Part shown: positions 1 through 11,220 of the stretch, in pieces
Position numbering within the stretch: position 1 is the first letter of the stretch
Layout of the letters: each line of letters begins with the position of its first letter
Assembly: GCA_051531975.1 (NCBI GenBank)
Contig: JAOPTT010000002.1
Span: 153,968 to 217,967 of the forward strand
Reading direction: 5' to 3'
Source of the DNA: Spirochaetaceae bacterium
GTDB taxonomy: Bacteria; Spirochaetota; Spirochaetia; DSM-2461
Length of the DNA: 64,000 nucleotides
Made by a program: the position numbers and the translations under genes
Notes under the pieces: model-generated
Told to the model about the DNA's origin: nothing
The model's database searches: none
Seen by the model: only the letters and a program-made list of their open reading frames with translations

Positions 1-2098
1 AATAACTTTTACACTTGTAAATATTTTTGTATTTACAATGGTTATAACATTAAATATTTATACATCTGGTAAAAAGATGCGACAAAATTTAGATAATCAA
101 CTGCAAGGAACAACAAACCTAGTATGTACTTTAATTGAGAGTACAGTTGATAATTTAGCTTACAGTTATTTGGCAGGATCAGGTAAAGCCACATTAAATA
201 CTTTAAGATCAGTTTATAATGACTTATCAAAAAAACAGAATCAAGAAACAGATATTAAAAAATCTTTACTCAATGTTATTAAAAAGATAGAAGTTGGCGA
301 AAATGGAATTGCATATATAACAGATCTCCATGGAAATATTATTTACCACCCGAAACAGGATAAAATTGGAACAAAAACAGCACAGAGTCAATGGATTATA
401 AATAATAGAGGTGAACAATTAGCCCTAACAAAATATGACAATAACGGTATAGATAGTATAATGATTAAGGTATTCTTTAATGATTATAACTGGCAAGTTT
501 TAATAACTGCTCCAATGGCAGATTTTACTGGACTTGTTAATATGAAGTTATTAAAAAAGGATATATTAAGTATTAAAATTGGAGAGTCAGGCTACCCTAT
601 AATATTAGATACAAATGGAAAAATAATGATTCATCCAACTGCTATAGGTGTAAACATAGACTCTTTAAAAGATGCTGATGGAAATCTTTTTTTAGAAGGT
701 GTTTATAAAAAACAAGAACCGGGATCTGTTAACTATAATTGGGAAGAAAAAAGTGGTGAAATTAGACAAAAATTCGCATACTACTCTAAAATACCACTAA
801 CCGGTTGGACCCTATTAACAACAGGTTATTGGGAAGATTTTACTAAAGATACAAAAGCTATACAGTTTAATCTAATTATCTCAGCAATAATTGCCATGAT
901 AATAAATACTATTGCAGTTTTAATAATTAGTGGAATTATTACAGGTTCTCTTAATAAATTATCAATAAGTCTAAAAGAGATTTCAGAGGGAGATGGAGAC
1001 TTAACCCGCCAGGTTAATGTTAATTCCAAAGATGAACTTGGTGCAATAGCCCAGGATTTTAATATATTTATTAAAAAACTTAGAGATATGATGATAAAAA
1101 TTAAAGCTTCAACTAACGACACCCTTGTTGTAAAAGACGAACTTACAACTGGAACAGCCGAAACTACTGCAGCTTTAACACAAATATCCCAGAACATGAC
1201 ACATATAGATCAAAAGATTTTAGAGTTAAATAACAATATGAACGTTTCTCATCATGAAATTGTTGAAATAACAACAAACATTAACGATTTAGATGGTTAT
1301 ATAGATTCACAAACCGCAATGATTGAGGAATCAACTGCAGCAATTACCCAGATGATCACCTCTATAGATAGTGTATCTCAGATAACTCAAAAAAAGAAAA
1401 AATCAGCAGAGAACCTTGTAAAAACAGCAAAAGAAGGTGGTGATATTGTTGATACTACCCATGAATCAGTATTATTAGTAAGCCAAGAACTTGAGAGTAT
1501 TAACGAAATGGCTACAGTTATATCCGATATAGCATCTAGTACTAATCTATTGGCGATGAATGCTGCAATTGAGGCTGCCCATGCAGGGGATGCAGGAAAA
1601 GGATTTGCAGTTGTTGCAGACGAGATTAGAAAATTAGCAGAGTCATCAAGCGAAAGTTCTAATAGGATTCAGGATATCCTTAAAAAGGTAACTATACATA
1701 TTAACGATTCTGCAGAAAAAAGTAAAAAAGCCAGTACAAGTTTTATGGTTATTGATAATGAAATAAACGGTTTAGTTGAAGCTTTTGACGAAGTTTTTAC
1801 TAGTACAGACGAGCTTCAGTTAGGTGGATCTGAGATTCTTGCAGCAGTAACCTCTTTACAGGAGTTATCAGGGACAGTACAACATAACTCAATTACTATT
1901 ACCCAAGCTGTAGAAAAGGTAAGTGTGGTAATGAATACTACAAGAAGTATTACAGAAGAAGTTGTAACAGATATTGGCGAGATAAACAGAGGAACTAAAG
2001 ATATCTCAAGCTCTATGAACAGTGTTTCCCAAAGTACACAGTTAATTTCAAAAGCTGGTGAATCATTAAATACTAATGTAAATAAGTTTAAAACTTAA
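1..2098 (+). CDS. Methyl-accepting chemotaxis protein (Cache sensor, HAMP, signalling domain); probably 5'-truncated by the window edge
   Basis: [34 protein letters not shown] signalling motif; HAMP GDGDLT...DELG; Cache-like [11 protein letters not shown]. The frame is open from base 2 ([12 protein letters not shown], hydrophobic) to the ATG at 38, so the true start is probably upstream. Confidence 0.93.
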   Translation, partial: ITFTLVNIFVFTMVITLNIYTSGKKMRQNLDNQLQGTTNLVCTLIESTVDNLAYSYLAGSGKATLNTLRSVYNDLSKKQNQETDIKKSLLNVIKKIEVGENGIAYITDLHGNIIYHPKQDKIGTKTAQSQWIINNRGEQLALTKYDNNGIDSIMIKVFFNDYNWQVLITAPMADFTGLVNMKLLKKDILSIKIGESGYPIILDTNGKIMIHPTAIGVNIDSLKDADGNLFLEGVYKKQEPGSVNYNWEEKSGEIRQKFAYYSKIPLTGWTLLTTGYWEDFTKDTKAIQFNLIISAIIAMIINTIAVLIISGIITGSLNKLSISLKEISEGDGDLTRQVNVNSKDELGAIAQDFNIFIKKLRDMMIKIKASTNDTLVVKDELTTGTAETTAALTQISQNMTHIDQKILELNNNMNVSHHEIVEITTNINDLDGYIDSQTAMIEESTAAITQMITSIDSVSQITQKKKKSAENLVKTAKEGGDIVDTTHESVLLVSQELESINEMATVISDIASSTNLLAMNAAIEAAHAGDAGKGFAVVADEIRKLAESSSESSNRIQDILKKVTIHINDSAEKSKKASTSFMVIDNEINGLVEAFDEVFTSTDELQLGGSEILAAVTSLQELSGTVQHNSITITQAVEKVSVVMNTTRSITEEVVTDIGEINRGTKDISSSMNSVSQSTQLISKAGESLNTNVNKFKT

Positions 2099-4337
2099 AA
2101 GCTTCAACCTCTTTACTTAACTGGTTCATGTTATTTAGATTCTCACTGTTTATCTCTTCGATGGTAAACTGGGAATCTTTTATTATTCCTGCCTCTTTAT
2201 CAAGTGTATTAAACTCTAGGATATTCTTCTCTGCTACACTCTTCATAGGAGCCATCTGATTGTTTATATTTGAAATATGATCTACTACATCATGGGCACT
2301 TTCAGACAGGTTAATTGATATATCTCTAAGCCTTGTCATGGAATCTACAATTTCATTTGCCCCAACTTTTAACTCGTCTGAACTATTTACAATCTCATTA
2401 AAAGCCTGGATAAAATTATTAACTTCACCTGATATAGTATCGAATCTTTTAGTCATTGTTTTGCTTGATTCCTGAAGTCTGTTTATCTGATCAGATATTG
2501 ATTCTATTGATGAAGTTATACTATTAGAGTTAGCAGAAGTATTTTCTGCTAGTTTTCGGATCTCATCTGCAACAACAGAGAACCCTTTTCCAGCATCTCC
2601 AGCATGGGCAGCCTCAATAGCAGCATTCATTGCTAATAAGTTTGTATTAGATGCAATTTCGTTAATAATTACAGTTAATTCCGAAATACTATCAATACTT
2701 CCAGTAATTCCATTTATCTGCTCTGTCATATTTTCCATTTCGGAAATACCTTCATTAGTACTACTTGATAATGTTGCAGAAGCTGCTTTTTTATCATTGG
2801 CTATTCTAGCTACATTATCTATAGATGCTGACATCTGCTCTGTGGCTGCCGAAACCTCTGTAACTGAAGATGACTGTTCCACAATTACTTCTTGCTGAGT
2901 CTCTATTAACCCATTTATGCTTTCTATAGAAACTGATGTCTCTGTTACTTGGCTTATTAGGTGTTCCATATCATCTTTTATTTCTGCAAGAGAATTAGTC
3001 ATCTGACCAACATTATGCACAGATTCATCTACACCTTTTTTAGAACTAACAGCTAGGTCGTTACCTTTTAATACAAGACTATTAATTGAATTAAATATAT
3101 TTTTTATATTAACAACTAACTTATCATTTATCTCTTTTGTTAATAAAGAGACTTCACTTAATATAGAGTCATTTGTTGAGTTAATAGTAAAATCTCCAGT
3201 GGCTAGTTGCTCTACATCTTTAACTAATTTATGTATTGGTTTTGATACTATTCTTGATATAAAAAATGATAAAAACAGACCTATAATGGATATAACTAAC
3301 ATGTTTATATAGAAGTTTCTATTAAGTTTAATAAGGGGTTGTAATATTTCATCTTCACTTACAGATACACCAACAACCCATTTTCTACTTTCTAAATAGT
3401 TTGATACCGATACATATTTTTCAGATTCACCATCTTCATCTTTAATATAGGAGTGGTGAATTATATCCCAATCTGAATTATCAATTGACATCAATACCAT
3501 GTTTTTATATATAAATTCATCTTGGCTATTTTTTATATCAAATAACTTATCTCCACCTTCATTACCATCGGAATAGATAATGTCTCCAGTTGTGGAATAG
3601 ATAAATACATGTCCAGTTTTTCCAATTTTATATTCACCCATTTTTGCATTAATTCCAACAATAAAGTCGATCTCTTTTATACCAACAAAAAATACTCCAA
3701 TTATGTTTCCATCACTATCTTTAAAGGGTTTATATGCTGTTAAATACCAACCGTTAACAACATAAGCTCTACCAAAAAATGTTTCCCCACTCATTACAGT
3801 TTTATATACCGGGGAACTAGTAGGAATATAGGTATCAACAGCTCTGTTACCATCTAGTTTTTGAACATTTGTAGAAATACGTAATAAACCGTCGGGAATG
3901 ACTTGGAAAAGAGTAGTTGATAAGTTAAAAAGATCTAATATTCCATCGACATCAGGGTAGTAGTGATACTGATTTACTCCATTTAATTCCATAGTAGGAA
4001 GCAGTATATTTTTCTTTTTTTTATCAACCTGATTTATTATATCAACATTTAATAGTTGTTCTGAGTTTATATTAATAATTTTATCAGAAAAAAAGATATC
4101 AGAAGCAACCTTTACATCTGATGTAACTTTTTTCTGAGCAATATTAAAGGTATTACCAATTAACGATGTTACGAGGTTTAGACTATTTTCTAAGTCCTGA
4201 TCAACTTTATCAACAAATATTTCCTGCATTGGTCTTAATATAAATGTTGTTACACTTATTATAGGTAAAGCTATTAGAATTATTGAAAAAATGATTATAA
4301 TTGGACCTATCCCTATTTTTTTGTTTCTCATGATCAA
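2088..4337 (-). CDS. Methyl-accepting chemotaxis protein (Cache_3/Cache_2-type sensor)
   Basis: LLRISTNV...[16 protein letters not shown]ache motif, two TM segments, [17 protein letters not shown] signalling domain. Confidence 0.93.
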   Translation of the reverse strand: MIMRNKKIGIGPIIIIFSIILIALPIISVTTFILRPMQEIFVDKVDQDLENSLNLVTSLIGNTFNIAQKKVTSDVKVASDIFFSDKIININSEQLLNVDIINQVDKKKKNILLPTMELNGVNQYHYYPDVDGILDLFNLSTTLFQVIPDGLLRISTNVQKLDGNRAVDTYIPTSSPVYKTVMSGETFFGRAYVVNGWYLTAYKPFKDSDGNIIGVFFVGIKEIDFIVGINAKMGEYKIGKTGHVFIYSTTGDIIYSDGNEGGDKLFDIKNSQDEFIYKNMVLMSIDNSDWDIIHHSYIKDEDGESEKYVSVSNYLESRKWVVGVSVSEDEILQPLIKLNRNFYINMLVISIIGLFLSFFISRIVSKPIHKLVKDVEQLATGDFTINSTNDSILSEVSLLTKEINDKLVVNIKNIFNSINSLVLKGNDLAVSSKKGVDESVHNVGQMTNSLAEIKDDMEHLISQVTETSVSIESINGLIETQQEVIVEQSSSVTEVSAATEQMSASIDNVARIANDKKAASATLSSSTNEGISEMENMTEQINGITGSIDSISELTVIINEIASNTNLLAMNAAIEAAHAGDAGKGFSVVADEIRKLAENTSANSNSITSSIESISDQINRLQESSKTMTKRFDTISGEVNNFIQAFNEIVNSSDELKVGANEIVDSMTRLRDISINLSESAHDVVDHISNINNQMAPMKSVAEKNILEFNTLDKEAGIIKDSQFTIEEINSENLNNMNQLSKEVEAFKF

Positions 4338-4378
4338 TACCTCATTGTCGTAAAATCAATGATAGCATAAAAAAATCG

Positions 4379-5020
4379 TTACTTCCAACTTCTTTTTATT
4401 ATAACTTCTGGTAAATTTTCAACATCATCTTCATGTATGCTCAACCTGATACAATCATGATCAAAAGAAGATATATGTATATTAGGAACAGAAACCTCTT
4501 TTTTATCAAATAGATGCCCTGTTCTCATAACTATATGAGAAATAAATTCACCATCAGCATCAACTATTAATTCATCAATATGTCCTAACTTCTTACCATT
4601 ATTATCTTTAACACACATACCCTTTTTAAGTTTAATCTCCCCAATAGGCATATCTTCCTTTCTCATCTCAATAACAGGTTTGCCATCGTGGATAACATAG
4701 GGAAACATAGTATAAGAGTGGCTCATAGCTGGATCTACTCCCCAATAAATAAATTCTGAATCGCTACTTGGTACACTAATGAATTCTTGAATAATAAATG
4801 GAGGAAATTTATTCAACTGATCTGCTGTTTTTTCAATTGTAATTACATCGTCAGATGTGTAATCAATAATATCTAATGGTATAATAACCTGCAGATTATT
4901 GTGTTTATTGTCAATTACAACATGGGTAACACTCTCTTTAATTGGATCAATAAGTAGTTCCTTGATGCTTCCAAACTCTCCATCTTTACAGATAACTTTC
5001 GCTTTTAATGGAATCTTCAT
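4379..5020 (-). CDS. PRC-barrel domain protein (two barrels)
   Basis: Repeated pattern V.ckDG.fG.i.elliDp...vThvv and GMCVKDNNGKKLGHIDELIVD...ISHIVMRTG; AGGAG RBS. Confidence 0.75.
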   Translation of the reverse strand: MKIPLKAKVICKDGEFGSIKELLIDPIKESVTHVVIDNKHNNLQVIIPLDIIDYTSDDVITIEKTADQLNKFPPFIIQEFISVPSSDSEFIYWGVDPAMSHSYTMFPYVIHDGKPVIEMRKEDMPIGEIKLKKGMCVKDNNGKKLGHIDELIVDADGEFISHIVMRTGHLFDKKEVSVPNIHISSFDHDCIRLSIHEDDVENLPEVIIKRSWK

Positions 5021-5060
5021 AACAATCTCCTTAATTATGATCTCATTATAATTATAATAC

Positions 5061-6242
5061 TTATTTAAAGAAAATATCCATTATAAAATGAAAAAAGTCA
5101 TTCTTAACAAAAGAAGATAAAAATTGACTACTCTGTACAATTCTAGGAAGGGTCCTATAACGATGATAAGTACTATGTTCTTTAAAAAAAAGATCTCTAA
5201 CAGCATCAATAAATTCGTCGGCTCTATATATTTTGTTTTTATCCATATCTAGGGTTCTAGCTATCTCTTCAAAAAAAGTTATGATAACAACTTCGTAGGA
5301 TGTATCTAAGCCCAGTTCTAAATATTCGGCTATTTGAGGTAATAGTCTCTCAAACATAAACCTTTTAGGGTTAACTTTTTTATATCCCATAACATGAGCT
5401 GCTCGAATTATCTTATCATCAGCCATGTGTAACATTTTTGATATATAAGAGAGATCTTCCGTTAAAGGTTTTATACAAAACTCTTTTCCTATATAACCTC
5501 TTAATGTTTTATAAGTATCAAAGTATCCTAAAATTAAGTTTTTTCTAGATCTATCTCTTTTAAAGTCAAGTGTTGATCCTAAATGTTTTGAAGGTTCAAT
5601 GTATGTAATATTAACATTAGGGTTATTATAAGACCTTGTTATGCCTACACCAAAGGTTCTAATTACAATTAAATTATTAATACCCCTTTCTGGTAACATG
5701 TTGAGAGGTAAATTATTTTTAAGCCCGCCATCAATAAATATTCCATCACTATTTTCCTCTCTTTGGAAAAGTGGGAAATTAGCACTAGCCATTAAATATG
5801 ACAACATTTCACCAACTTGAATCTGATCTTTAAATAGCTCTATAGTTTTAAAAGCTGGAAGTTTAACTGTAACGATTCCCAATTCAACCTTAGATTTCCG
5901 AAGTTTTTTTTCATCTAAAATAGTATAAAAAAGTTCTCGCATATTGTTTGTTCCAATACCACGTCCTTTTATAACATCCATAGCAGCAATAGCTGTGGCT
6001 TCAATATCATTTAATATACTTTCGTCGATACCATAAACTAGATGATTTGTCGCCTCATACCACATATCGTATGTTTTTTTCCAATCACCCTGGGCTATCA
6101 ATGCACCATTTACAGCTCCAATAGAGGTACCAGCAATACCATCAAATTTATATCCTAATTCATCTAATGCCTTATACGCACCCAAATGATAGGCTCCCTT
6201 AGCACCACCACCTTCTAAAACGAGACCTAACTTATTTTTCAT
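5061..6242 (-). CDS. Patatin-like phospholipase
   Basis: LEGGGAKG, GTSIG nucleophile elbow and DGG motif. Confidence 0.92.
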   Translation of the reverse strand: MKNKLGLVLEGGGAKGAYHLGAYKALDELGYKFDGIAGTSIGAVNGALIAQGDWKKTYDMWYEATNHLVYGIDESILNDIEATAIAAMDVIKGRGIGTNNMRELFYTILDEKKLRKSKVELGIVTVKLPAFKTIELFKDQIQVGEMLSYLMASANFPLFQREENSDGIFIDGGLKNNLPLNMLPERGINNLIVIRTFGVGITRSYNNPNVNITYIEPSKHLGSTLDFKRDRSRKNLILGYFDTYKTLRGYIGKEFCIKPLTEDLSYISKMLHMADDKIIRAAHVMGYKKVNPKRFMFERLLPQIAEYLELGLDTSYEVVIITFFEEIARTLDMDKNKIYRADEFIDAVRDLFFKEHSTYHRYRTLPRIVQSSQFLSSFVKNDFFHFIMDIFFK

Positions 6243-6993
6243 TTAAGACCCTACGACCTCCAGCTATTTTATAATATAGTTTTTTTGGCATAAACCTTAT
6301 AATATTATAAACTACTCTATTAAAAAATCCAGGAATAATTACAACCCTTCCAAACCCAATGCTTTTATAAGAATATCGAACAACATCTAAAGCAGACATC
6401 CACTTCTCTCTTTTTTTTATGCTACGCCCACGATGAAAATCAGTTTTAGTAAAACCTGGGCATAGAGATTGAACAATTATTCCATTTGGTTTTAATATCA
6501 TAGAGATGGATTCAGAATATGTGGATAAAAAAGATTTAGATGCTGCATAAAAAGGATCTGATAAAGATGGTAAAAATCCAGCTAAAGATGAAACATTGAT
6601 AATAGTACCTCTACCCTCTTTTTTCATACCAGGAACTATCTGATGAATTAGTCTTGTAGTTCTTTCAACATGAACATCAATCATTTTATAATTGCCTGAA
6701 TGTGGAGTATCAAAAAAATTAGTATGGTTCGAAAAGCCAACATTATTAACTAGAAAAAGAATTTTATTATTACAAACATTATGAAAAAATGAATCAAAAC
6801 TAGTAGCATCAGAGAAATCAACAATTATTGCTGTTACTTTTACATTAAACTCTTTTTGTATCTGTTTTGCGTTTTCATTTAATAGCTCACTTCGTCTACC
6901 TGTAATAATAAGATCCCAACCATATCCTGCTAAAAGCCTACTATATTCAGCTCCAATTCCACTTGTAGCCCCGGTTATTAATGCTAACCCCAT
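6232..6993 (-). CDS. Short-chain dehydrogenase/reductase
   Basis: TGATSGIG, NNVG, YAASK, LCPGFTKT. Confidence 0.92.
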   Translation of the reverse strand: MGLALITGATSGIGAEYSRLLAGYGWDLIITGRRSELLNENAKQIQKEFNVKVTAIIVDFSDATSFDSFFHNVCNNKILFLVNNVGFSNHTNFFDTPHSGNYKMIDVHVERTTRLIHQIVPGMKKEGRGTIINVSSLAGFLPSLSDPFYAASKSFLSTYSESISMILKPNGIIVQSLCPGFTKTDFHRGRSIKKREKWMSALDVVRYSYKSIGFGRVVIIPGFFNRVVYNIIRFMPKKLYYKIAGGRRVLNEK

Positions 6994-7631
6994 TGTATAC
7001 TCCCTCTTTTAACTTCTTCTAAAAAACTATTACATTTTGAAAAATGTGCACATCCAAAAAATCCCCGATATGAGGATAAAGGACTTGGGTGTGGTGCTTC
7101 TAAAACAAGATGTCTTTTATCTATAACAGATTTCAACTTTCTTGCCCCAGCTCCCCATAACATAAAAACTATGGGATTTGGACTTTCAGAAACCTTTTTT
7201 ATTGTATTTAAAGTAAACTGCATCCAACCGATATTTTTATGTGAATTAGGTTCACCCTTTCTAACAGTTAATACTCTATTTATTAAAAAAACACCCTGCT
7301 CTGCCCAATCTGTTAAATCTCCATGAACTCTATTTATATTAATATCAGTTGCGAGTTCTTTATATATATTCCTCAATGATGGAGGGATTTTATTATCTTT
7401 TTTTACAGAAAATGCCAACCCATGAGCTTCTTCTGGGTTGAAATATGGATCTTGTCCAACAATTACGCACTTTATATTATTAAAGGATGTTAGTTCAAAT
7501 GCCCTAAAGACATCTTCTTTTTTAGGGTATATTGTAAATTCTGACAATTCTTTTTCTAATTTCCTTAATAAAACCCTATAATATCCGGTATTTTTTTCAG
7601 TTTCTAAAAACTGTTTCCATTCAATATCCAT
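6984..7631 (-). CDS. ung: Uracil-DNA glycosylase, family 1
   Basis: GQDPY, AHGLAFSV, HPSPLS motifs. Confidence 0.96.
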   Translation of the reverse strand: MDIEWKQFLETEKNTGYYRVLLRKLEKELSEFTIYPKKEDVFRAFELTSFNNIKCVIVGQDPYFNPEEAHGLAFSVKKDNKIPPSLRNIYKELATDININRVHGDLTDWAEQGVFLINRVLTVRKGEPNSHKNIGWMQFTLNTIKKVSESPNPIVFMLWGAGARKLKSVIDKRHLVLEAPHPSPLSSYRGFFGCAHFSKCNSFLEEVKRGSIQWG

Positions 7632-7648
7632 TTAACCCCTTCTGTTTC

Positions 7649-7677
7649 TTGACAAGAAGCAACAAGAAAAGTATATT
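7649..7677 (+). promoter_or_regulatory. Sigma70-type promoter for the 64-aa gene
   Basis: TTGACA-17 bp-TATATT. Confidence 0.7.
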
Positions 7678-7737
7678 ACATAACTGATTATTCATAAATA
7701 ACTAATAGCTGATATAAATATCAGTAGGGGTGTATAA

Positions 7738-7932
7738 ATGTCAAAAGCTCATAGAGGCGCGGGAATCCGAGATCAAGTAAGAAGTGGTAGATCAAACTGT
7801 CCACTTTGTAAAAGAACAGCAATTAAAGCTGTTTATGAAAACGAACTTAACGAGAAAAAAGTTAGTATCTGTAAACAGTGTAACAAAGCTGTTAAGAACG
7901 GAAAAATGAAAGAAGCTATTGCAGCTCTTTAA
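7738..7932 (+). CDS. Small basic CxxC...CxxC (Zn-ribbon-like) protein of spirochaete type
   Basis: AGGGG RBS, own promoter and terminator; MSKAHRG start; CPLC and CKQC pairs; Lys/Arg-rich. Confidence 0.8.
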   Translation: MSKAHRGAGIRDQVRSGRSNCPLCKRTAIKAVYENELNEKKVSICKQCNKAVKNGKMKEAIAAL

Positions 7933-7939
7933 TTAAACC

Positions 7940-7968
7940 AAAAACCCTGTATTTTGCAGGGTTTTTTT
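7940..7968 (+). terminator. Intrinsic terminator, likely bidirectional
   Basis: AAAAACCCTG-tattttg-CAGGGTTTTTTT just after the stop at 7932. Confidence 0.85.
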
Positions 7969-7983
7969 GTTTATAACAAACAT

Positions 7984-8143
7984 TTCGGCGAGAAATTGTT
8001 TGTCCCACTTTTCGGCGAGAAATTGTTTGTCCCACTTTTCGGCGAGAAATTGTTTGTCCCACTTTTCGGCGAGAAATTGTTTGTCCCACTTTTCCGAAGA
8101 AAATGTTTGTCCCACTTTTCGAAAAGAAAATGTTTGTCCCTTT
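7984..8143. repeat. 27-bp tandem repeat: 4 perfect and 2 degenerate copies
   Basis: TTCGGCGAGAAATTGTTTGTCCCACTT at 7984, 8011, 8038 and 8065; degenerate 26-bp copies at 8092 and 8118; no spacers. Confidence 0.95.
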
Positions 8144-8169
8144 ATAAAAAATAGACCATAGGAAAAAAT

Positions 8170-9423
8170 ATGAATCAAATACAATTTACATTTATATATA
8201 TATCACTTTTATCATTAGAGTTTTTAACCCTATATACATTAATAATTTTAAATATAGGTTCCGTTCTAAAAAATAGAGATAAAGTACCAGACCTGTTTAA
8301 AGATTTAATAACCCCAGATATGTATGTAAAAAATGTGGCATATACAATTAAAAAAGAACACTTTTCAATTTTGAATATGATTGTTTCCACATTAATAACT
8401 CTGATTATTCTATTATCTGGAGTATTAGGCAGTGTTGAACAGTTTTTCATGGGCTTCTTTACAAATAAAACTATACTTGGTCTCTCTTTTATTGCAGGGA
8501 TATCTGTATTACAGTTTATTATAGATCTTCCATTATCTCTTTACAGTACATTTGTAATAGAAGAAGAATTTGGGTTTAATAAAATGACTCTAAAGTCATA
8601 TATCACTGATACTTTAAAACAGACAGTTCTTGGAATTATTATAGGTGGTATTTTATTAGCAGCTCTATTTTTCTTTATGGATAAAACCGGAGGAAATTGG
8701 TGGTTATGGGCATCAATATTTTTTATATCATTCCAATTAATCTTATTTTTAATCTACCCAAATTTTATTGCTCCTATATTTAATAAGTTCAAACCACTAG
8801 AAGATGGAGAATTAAAAGAAGCTCTTGAGACAATGGCCTCTAGTGCAAACTTTGCACTGAATGGAATATTTGTTATGGACGGTTCAAAAAGATCTGGTCA
8901 CTCTAATGCTTATTTTACTGGGATTGGAAAAAGCAAGCGTATAGTACTTTACGATACACTTGTTGAACAGTTAACAAACAGTGAGTTATGTGGTGTTTTA
9001 GCCCACGAGATTGGTCACTGGAAAAAAGGGCATATTAGAAAAAGACTTTTAACAACAATGTTAACTGTACCAGTAGCTTTTTATATTTTATCATTAGCTC
9101 TTAATTTTGATCCTCTGTTTTTAATGTTTAATTTAGAAACAGGGACATACCATGGAATGTTAGTTTTAATGTTAATGATTTCAAGCTCTTTTACATTCTT
9201 TTTAACACCTATCTCAAGTTATAGATCTAGAAAACATGAATTTGAGGCAGATGATTTTGCTAAAGAGATTACGGGAGAGAGTGATCCTTTAATACAGGCA
9301 CTGTTAAAACTCTCAAAAGATAATTTAAGTAACTTAACACCAGATAAAATATACTCTAGCTACCATTACTCTCATCCACCAGTGTCAGAGAGAGTTAACA
9401 ATTTAAATAGTAGTAATAAATAA
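8170..9423 (+). CDS. M48 family (Ste24-like) membrane metalloprotease
   Basis: DGSKRSGHSNAYFTG, HEIGH zinc motif, EFEADDFA, SHPP. Confidence 0.93.
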   Translation: MNQIQFTFIYISLLSLEFLTLYTLIILNIGSVLKNRDKVPDLFKDLITPDMYVKNVAYTIKKEHFSILNMIVSTLITLIILLSGVLGSVEQFFMGFFTNKTILGLSFIAGISVLQFIIDLPLSLYSTFVIEEEFGFNKMTLKSYITDTLKQTVLGIIIGGILLAALFFFMDKTGGNWWLWASIFFISFQLILFLIYPNFIAPIFNKFKPLEDGELKEALETMASSANFALNGIFVMDGSKRSGHSNAYFTGIGKSKRIVLYDTLVEQLTNSELCGVLAHEIGHWKKGHIRKRLLTTMLTVPVAFYILSLALNFDPLFLMFNLETGTYHGMLVLMLMISSSFTFFLTPISSYRSRKHEFEADDFAKEITGESDPLIQALLKLSKDNLSNLTPDKIYSSYHYSHPPVSERVNNLNSSNK

Positions 9424-10569
9424 TTATAGTGTTAGGCTTAAAGAGATATAGGATTGTTCAGAACCTGATATCTCTTTAACTTGAGACTCAAATCGAATAC
9501 CTACCTTAGAACACTCTTCTCCTAAATATGAGAGATAAAACATTCCCATATCAGAACCATCAGCTCCAGCTTTTCTATAAAACTCAGTCAAAGATTGTTT
9601 CTTGACCCTAGAAGACATCTGCTTATCTACCTGCTCTTTTAAAAGAGCCACTTCGGTATCTTTATTAAAAACAGCTACTTCAAATTTCCTTCTAGCACTT
9701 ATTTTTGTCTCTGATATATCGAATTTAAAACTCACTGAAAAATGAAGACCCTTCTCTTGCATCTCTTTTAGAAGACCAATTCGGGCATCTGGATCTTGTA
9801 GAATGTCTTTATATTGTAACGTTGGATAAAGCATCTTAGTATACTCTTTAAGGTTTCTATTTTCTGAGCTATTTAATAATTCCATTAACATTAAGGTGAT
9901 ATATTCGGATATTTTAGTTCTGCCCATAAACTCAATAAGAACTCTAGATATATCCATAATTAACAGTTCGTAAGTTGGTGCATCTTTAAATTTAGCTAAA
10001 ATGAACCATGAAAATGAACGTAATCCTTTTAAATATTCTTGGCAAAGAATTGCTTGACTATCGATCTCTTCTTCTGTTAATGATGAGTTGGAGGTCAAAT
10101 CTCTTTGAACTTCAAATGTTAAAGTCTCTTTTACAGACCTTACTACTTCTTTGTTTTTTTCTAAGATTTGTCTTAATACTGTTTCATTTATATTGGTTTT
10201 TCTATCTAAAATGGTTCCGTGATTATTCCTGTTCCAATTTTTAATCAGATCCGATTCCATAATAATATCAAATACCATTGCATCAAATCTCTGAACTAAA
10301 AAACCAAATACATTTCCTTTAGTTAAAGACATCATATCTTTTCTTTTAGAAGTAAATTCTGCTCTAGAAATTTCAATTCTAGAGAGATAACCAATTGAGA
10401 TCATATTTTTTACTGTATTATCATTATACTGATTAAGAGCAATACCATATTGGGTACTATTATCTGGCATTTTAAACTTATTCATAGGTTTTTTATTTTT
10501 TATAAAAAAATCTACACCAGAATCAGTAAATAGTAATTTTAAAGGCAGTTCAATTATTTTAGTTTCCAC
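9424..10569 (-). CDS. Hypothetical protein, possibly with a degenerate GHKL/HATPase-like C-terminus
   Basis: 381-aa ORF with GTG start; LMELLNSSE and SDMGMFYLSYL resemble N-box and G2-box remnants (weak). Confidence 0.7.
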   Translation of the reverse strand: METKIIELPLKLLFTDSGVDFFIKNKKPMNKFKMPDNSTQYGIALNQYNDNTVKNMISIGYLSRIEISRAEFTSKRKDMMSLTKGNVFGFLVQRFDAMVFDIIMESDLIKNWNRNNHGTILDRKTNINETVLRQILEKNKEVVRSVKETLTFEVQRDLTSNSSLTEEEIDSQAILCQEYLKGLRSFSWFILAKFKDAPTYELLIMDISRVLIEFMGRTKISEYITLMLMELLNSSENRNLKEYTKMLYPTLQYKDILQDPDARIGLLKEMQEKGLHFSVSFKFDISETKISARRKFEVAVFNKDTEVALLKEQVDKQMSSRVKKQSLTEFYRKAGADGSDMGMFYLSYLGEECSKVGIRFESQVKEISGSEQSYISLSLTL

Positions 10570-10587
10570 TTAAATACCACTAATTCT

Positions 10588-11100
10588 CTACCAATGTTCA
10601 TAGTTATGAATATCGTCAAAGGATTTCCTCTCTTTTATTTCTTCTGAATGCTCACCTTTATATCCTAATGCAAGTAGGCAATAGACTCTCATGGAGAAAG
10701 GGACTGTTAATACCTTTCTTAAAATCTCTTCATCGTAGGTTGTAACGACACATGATCCTAAACCTTCATGTTCTGCTTGCAACATCATAAAAGAAGTTGC
10801 AAAGGCTAAGTCTGCAGTATGTGCAAACTGTCCATTAGGCATTTGGTAATTTATATTTGTAGTGCATACAGCTATTACTTTATCGGCAGTTTCCATAACA
10901 TCTGCACCATAACAAGCTTCTTTTACTATTTTTTTTACTTTTTCTTCAGAGATAGTGATGAATCTCCAGGGTTGTCTATTTTTTGCTGAAGGAGCTAACC
11001 TTCCAGCCTCTACTACATTTTCTATAATTGATGTATCAATATTTTTAGCTATAAAATTTCTACACGATACACGATCTTTTATTAAACTAAGAATTTCCAT
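10588..11100 (-). CDS. Nitroreductase family protein
   Basis: RVSCRNF, APSAKNRQPWRF, GLGSC. The ATG at 11100 is preferred over the TTG at 11106 because it sits 6 nt after a -10 box. Confidence 0.92.
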   Translation of the reverse strand: MEILSLIKDRVSCRNFIAKNIDTSIIENVVEAGRLAPSAKNRQPWRFITISEEKVKKIVKEACYGADVMETADKVIAVCTTNINYQMPNGQFAHTADLAFATSFMMLQAEHEGLGSCVVTTYDEEILRKVLTVPFSMRVYCLLALGYKGEHSEEIKERKSFDDIHNYEHW

Positions 11101-11106
11101 GCCCAA

Positions 11107-11135
11107 AGTTTACCATAACTATTAAGTTGTTGGAA
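11107..11135 (-). promoter_or_regulatory. Promoter for a probably leaderless nitroreductase mRNA
   Basis: Minus strand TTCCAA-17 bp-(TGg)TAAACT-6 nt-ATG, with no SD. Confidence 0.55.
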
Positions 11136-11185
11136 ATGATTTCGGAAAAGTTGCCTATATTTTTAACGATTTTCTACTAACTTTA

Positions 11186-11214
11186 TTGACCTGTCACCAT
11201 ACTTCCCATATGCT
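11186..11214 (+). promoter_or_regulatory. Promoter for a probably leaderless membrane-protein mRNA
   Basis: TTGACC-17 bp-TATGCT-6 nt-ATG(11221), with no SD. Confidence 0.65.
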
Positions 11215-11220
11215 CAACTT

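Noticed and set aside
7984..8143. CRISPR array
   Set aside because: The units are head-to-tail with no unique spacers, and there are no cas genes in the window
7933..8184. Three short repeat-encoded ORFs (83, 66 and 64 aa)
   Set aside because: They are open only because the 27-bp unit is a stop-free multiple of three; no RBS, and they overlap a terminator
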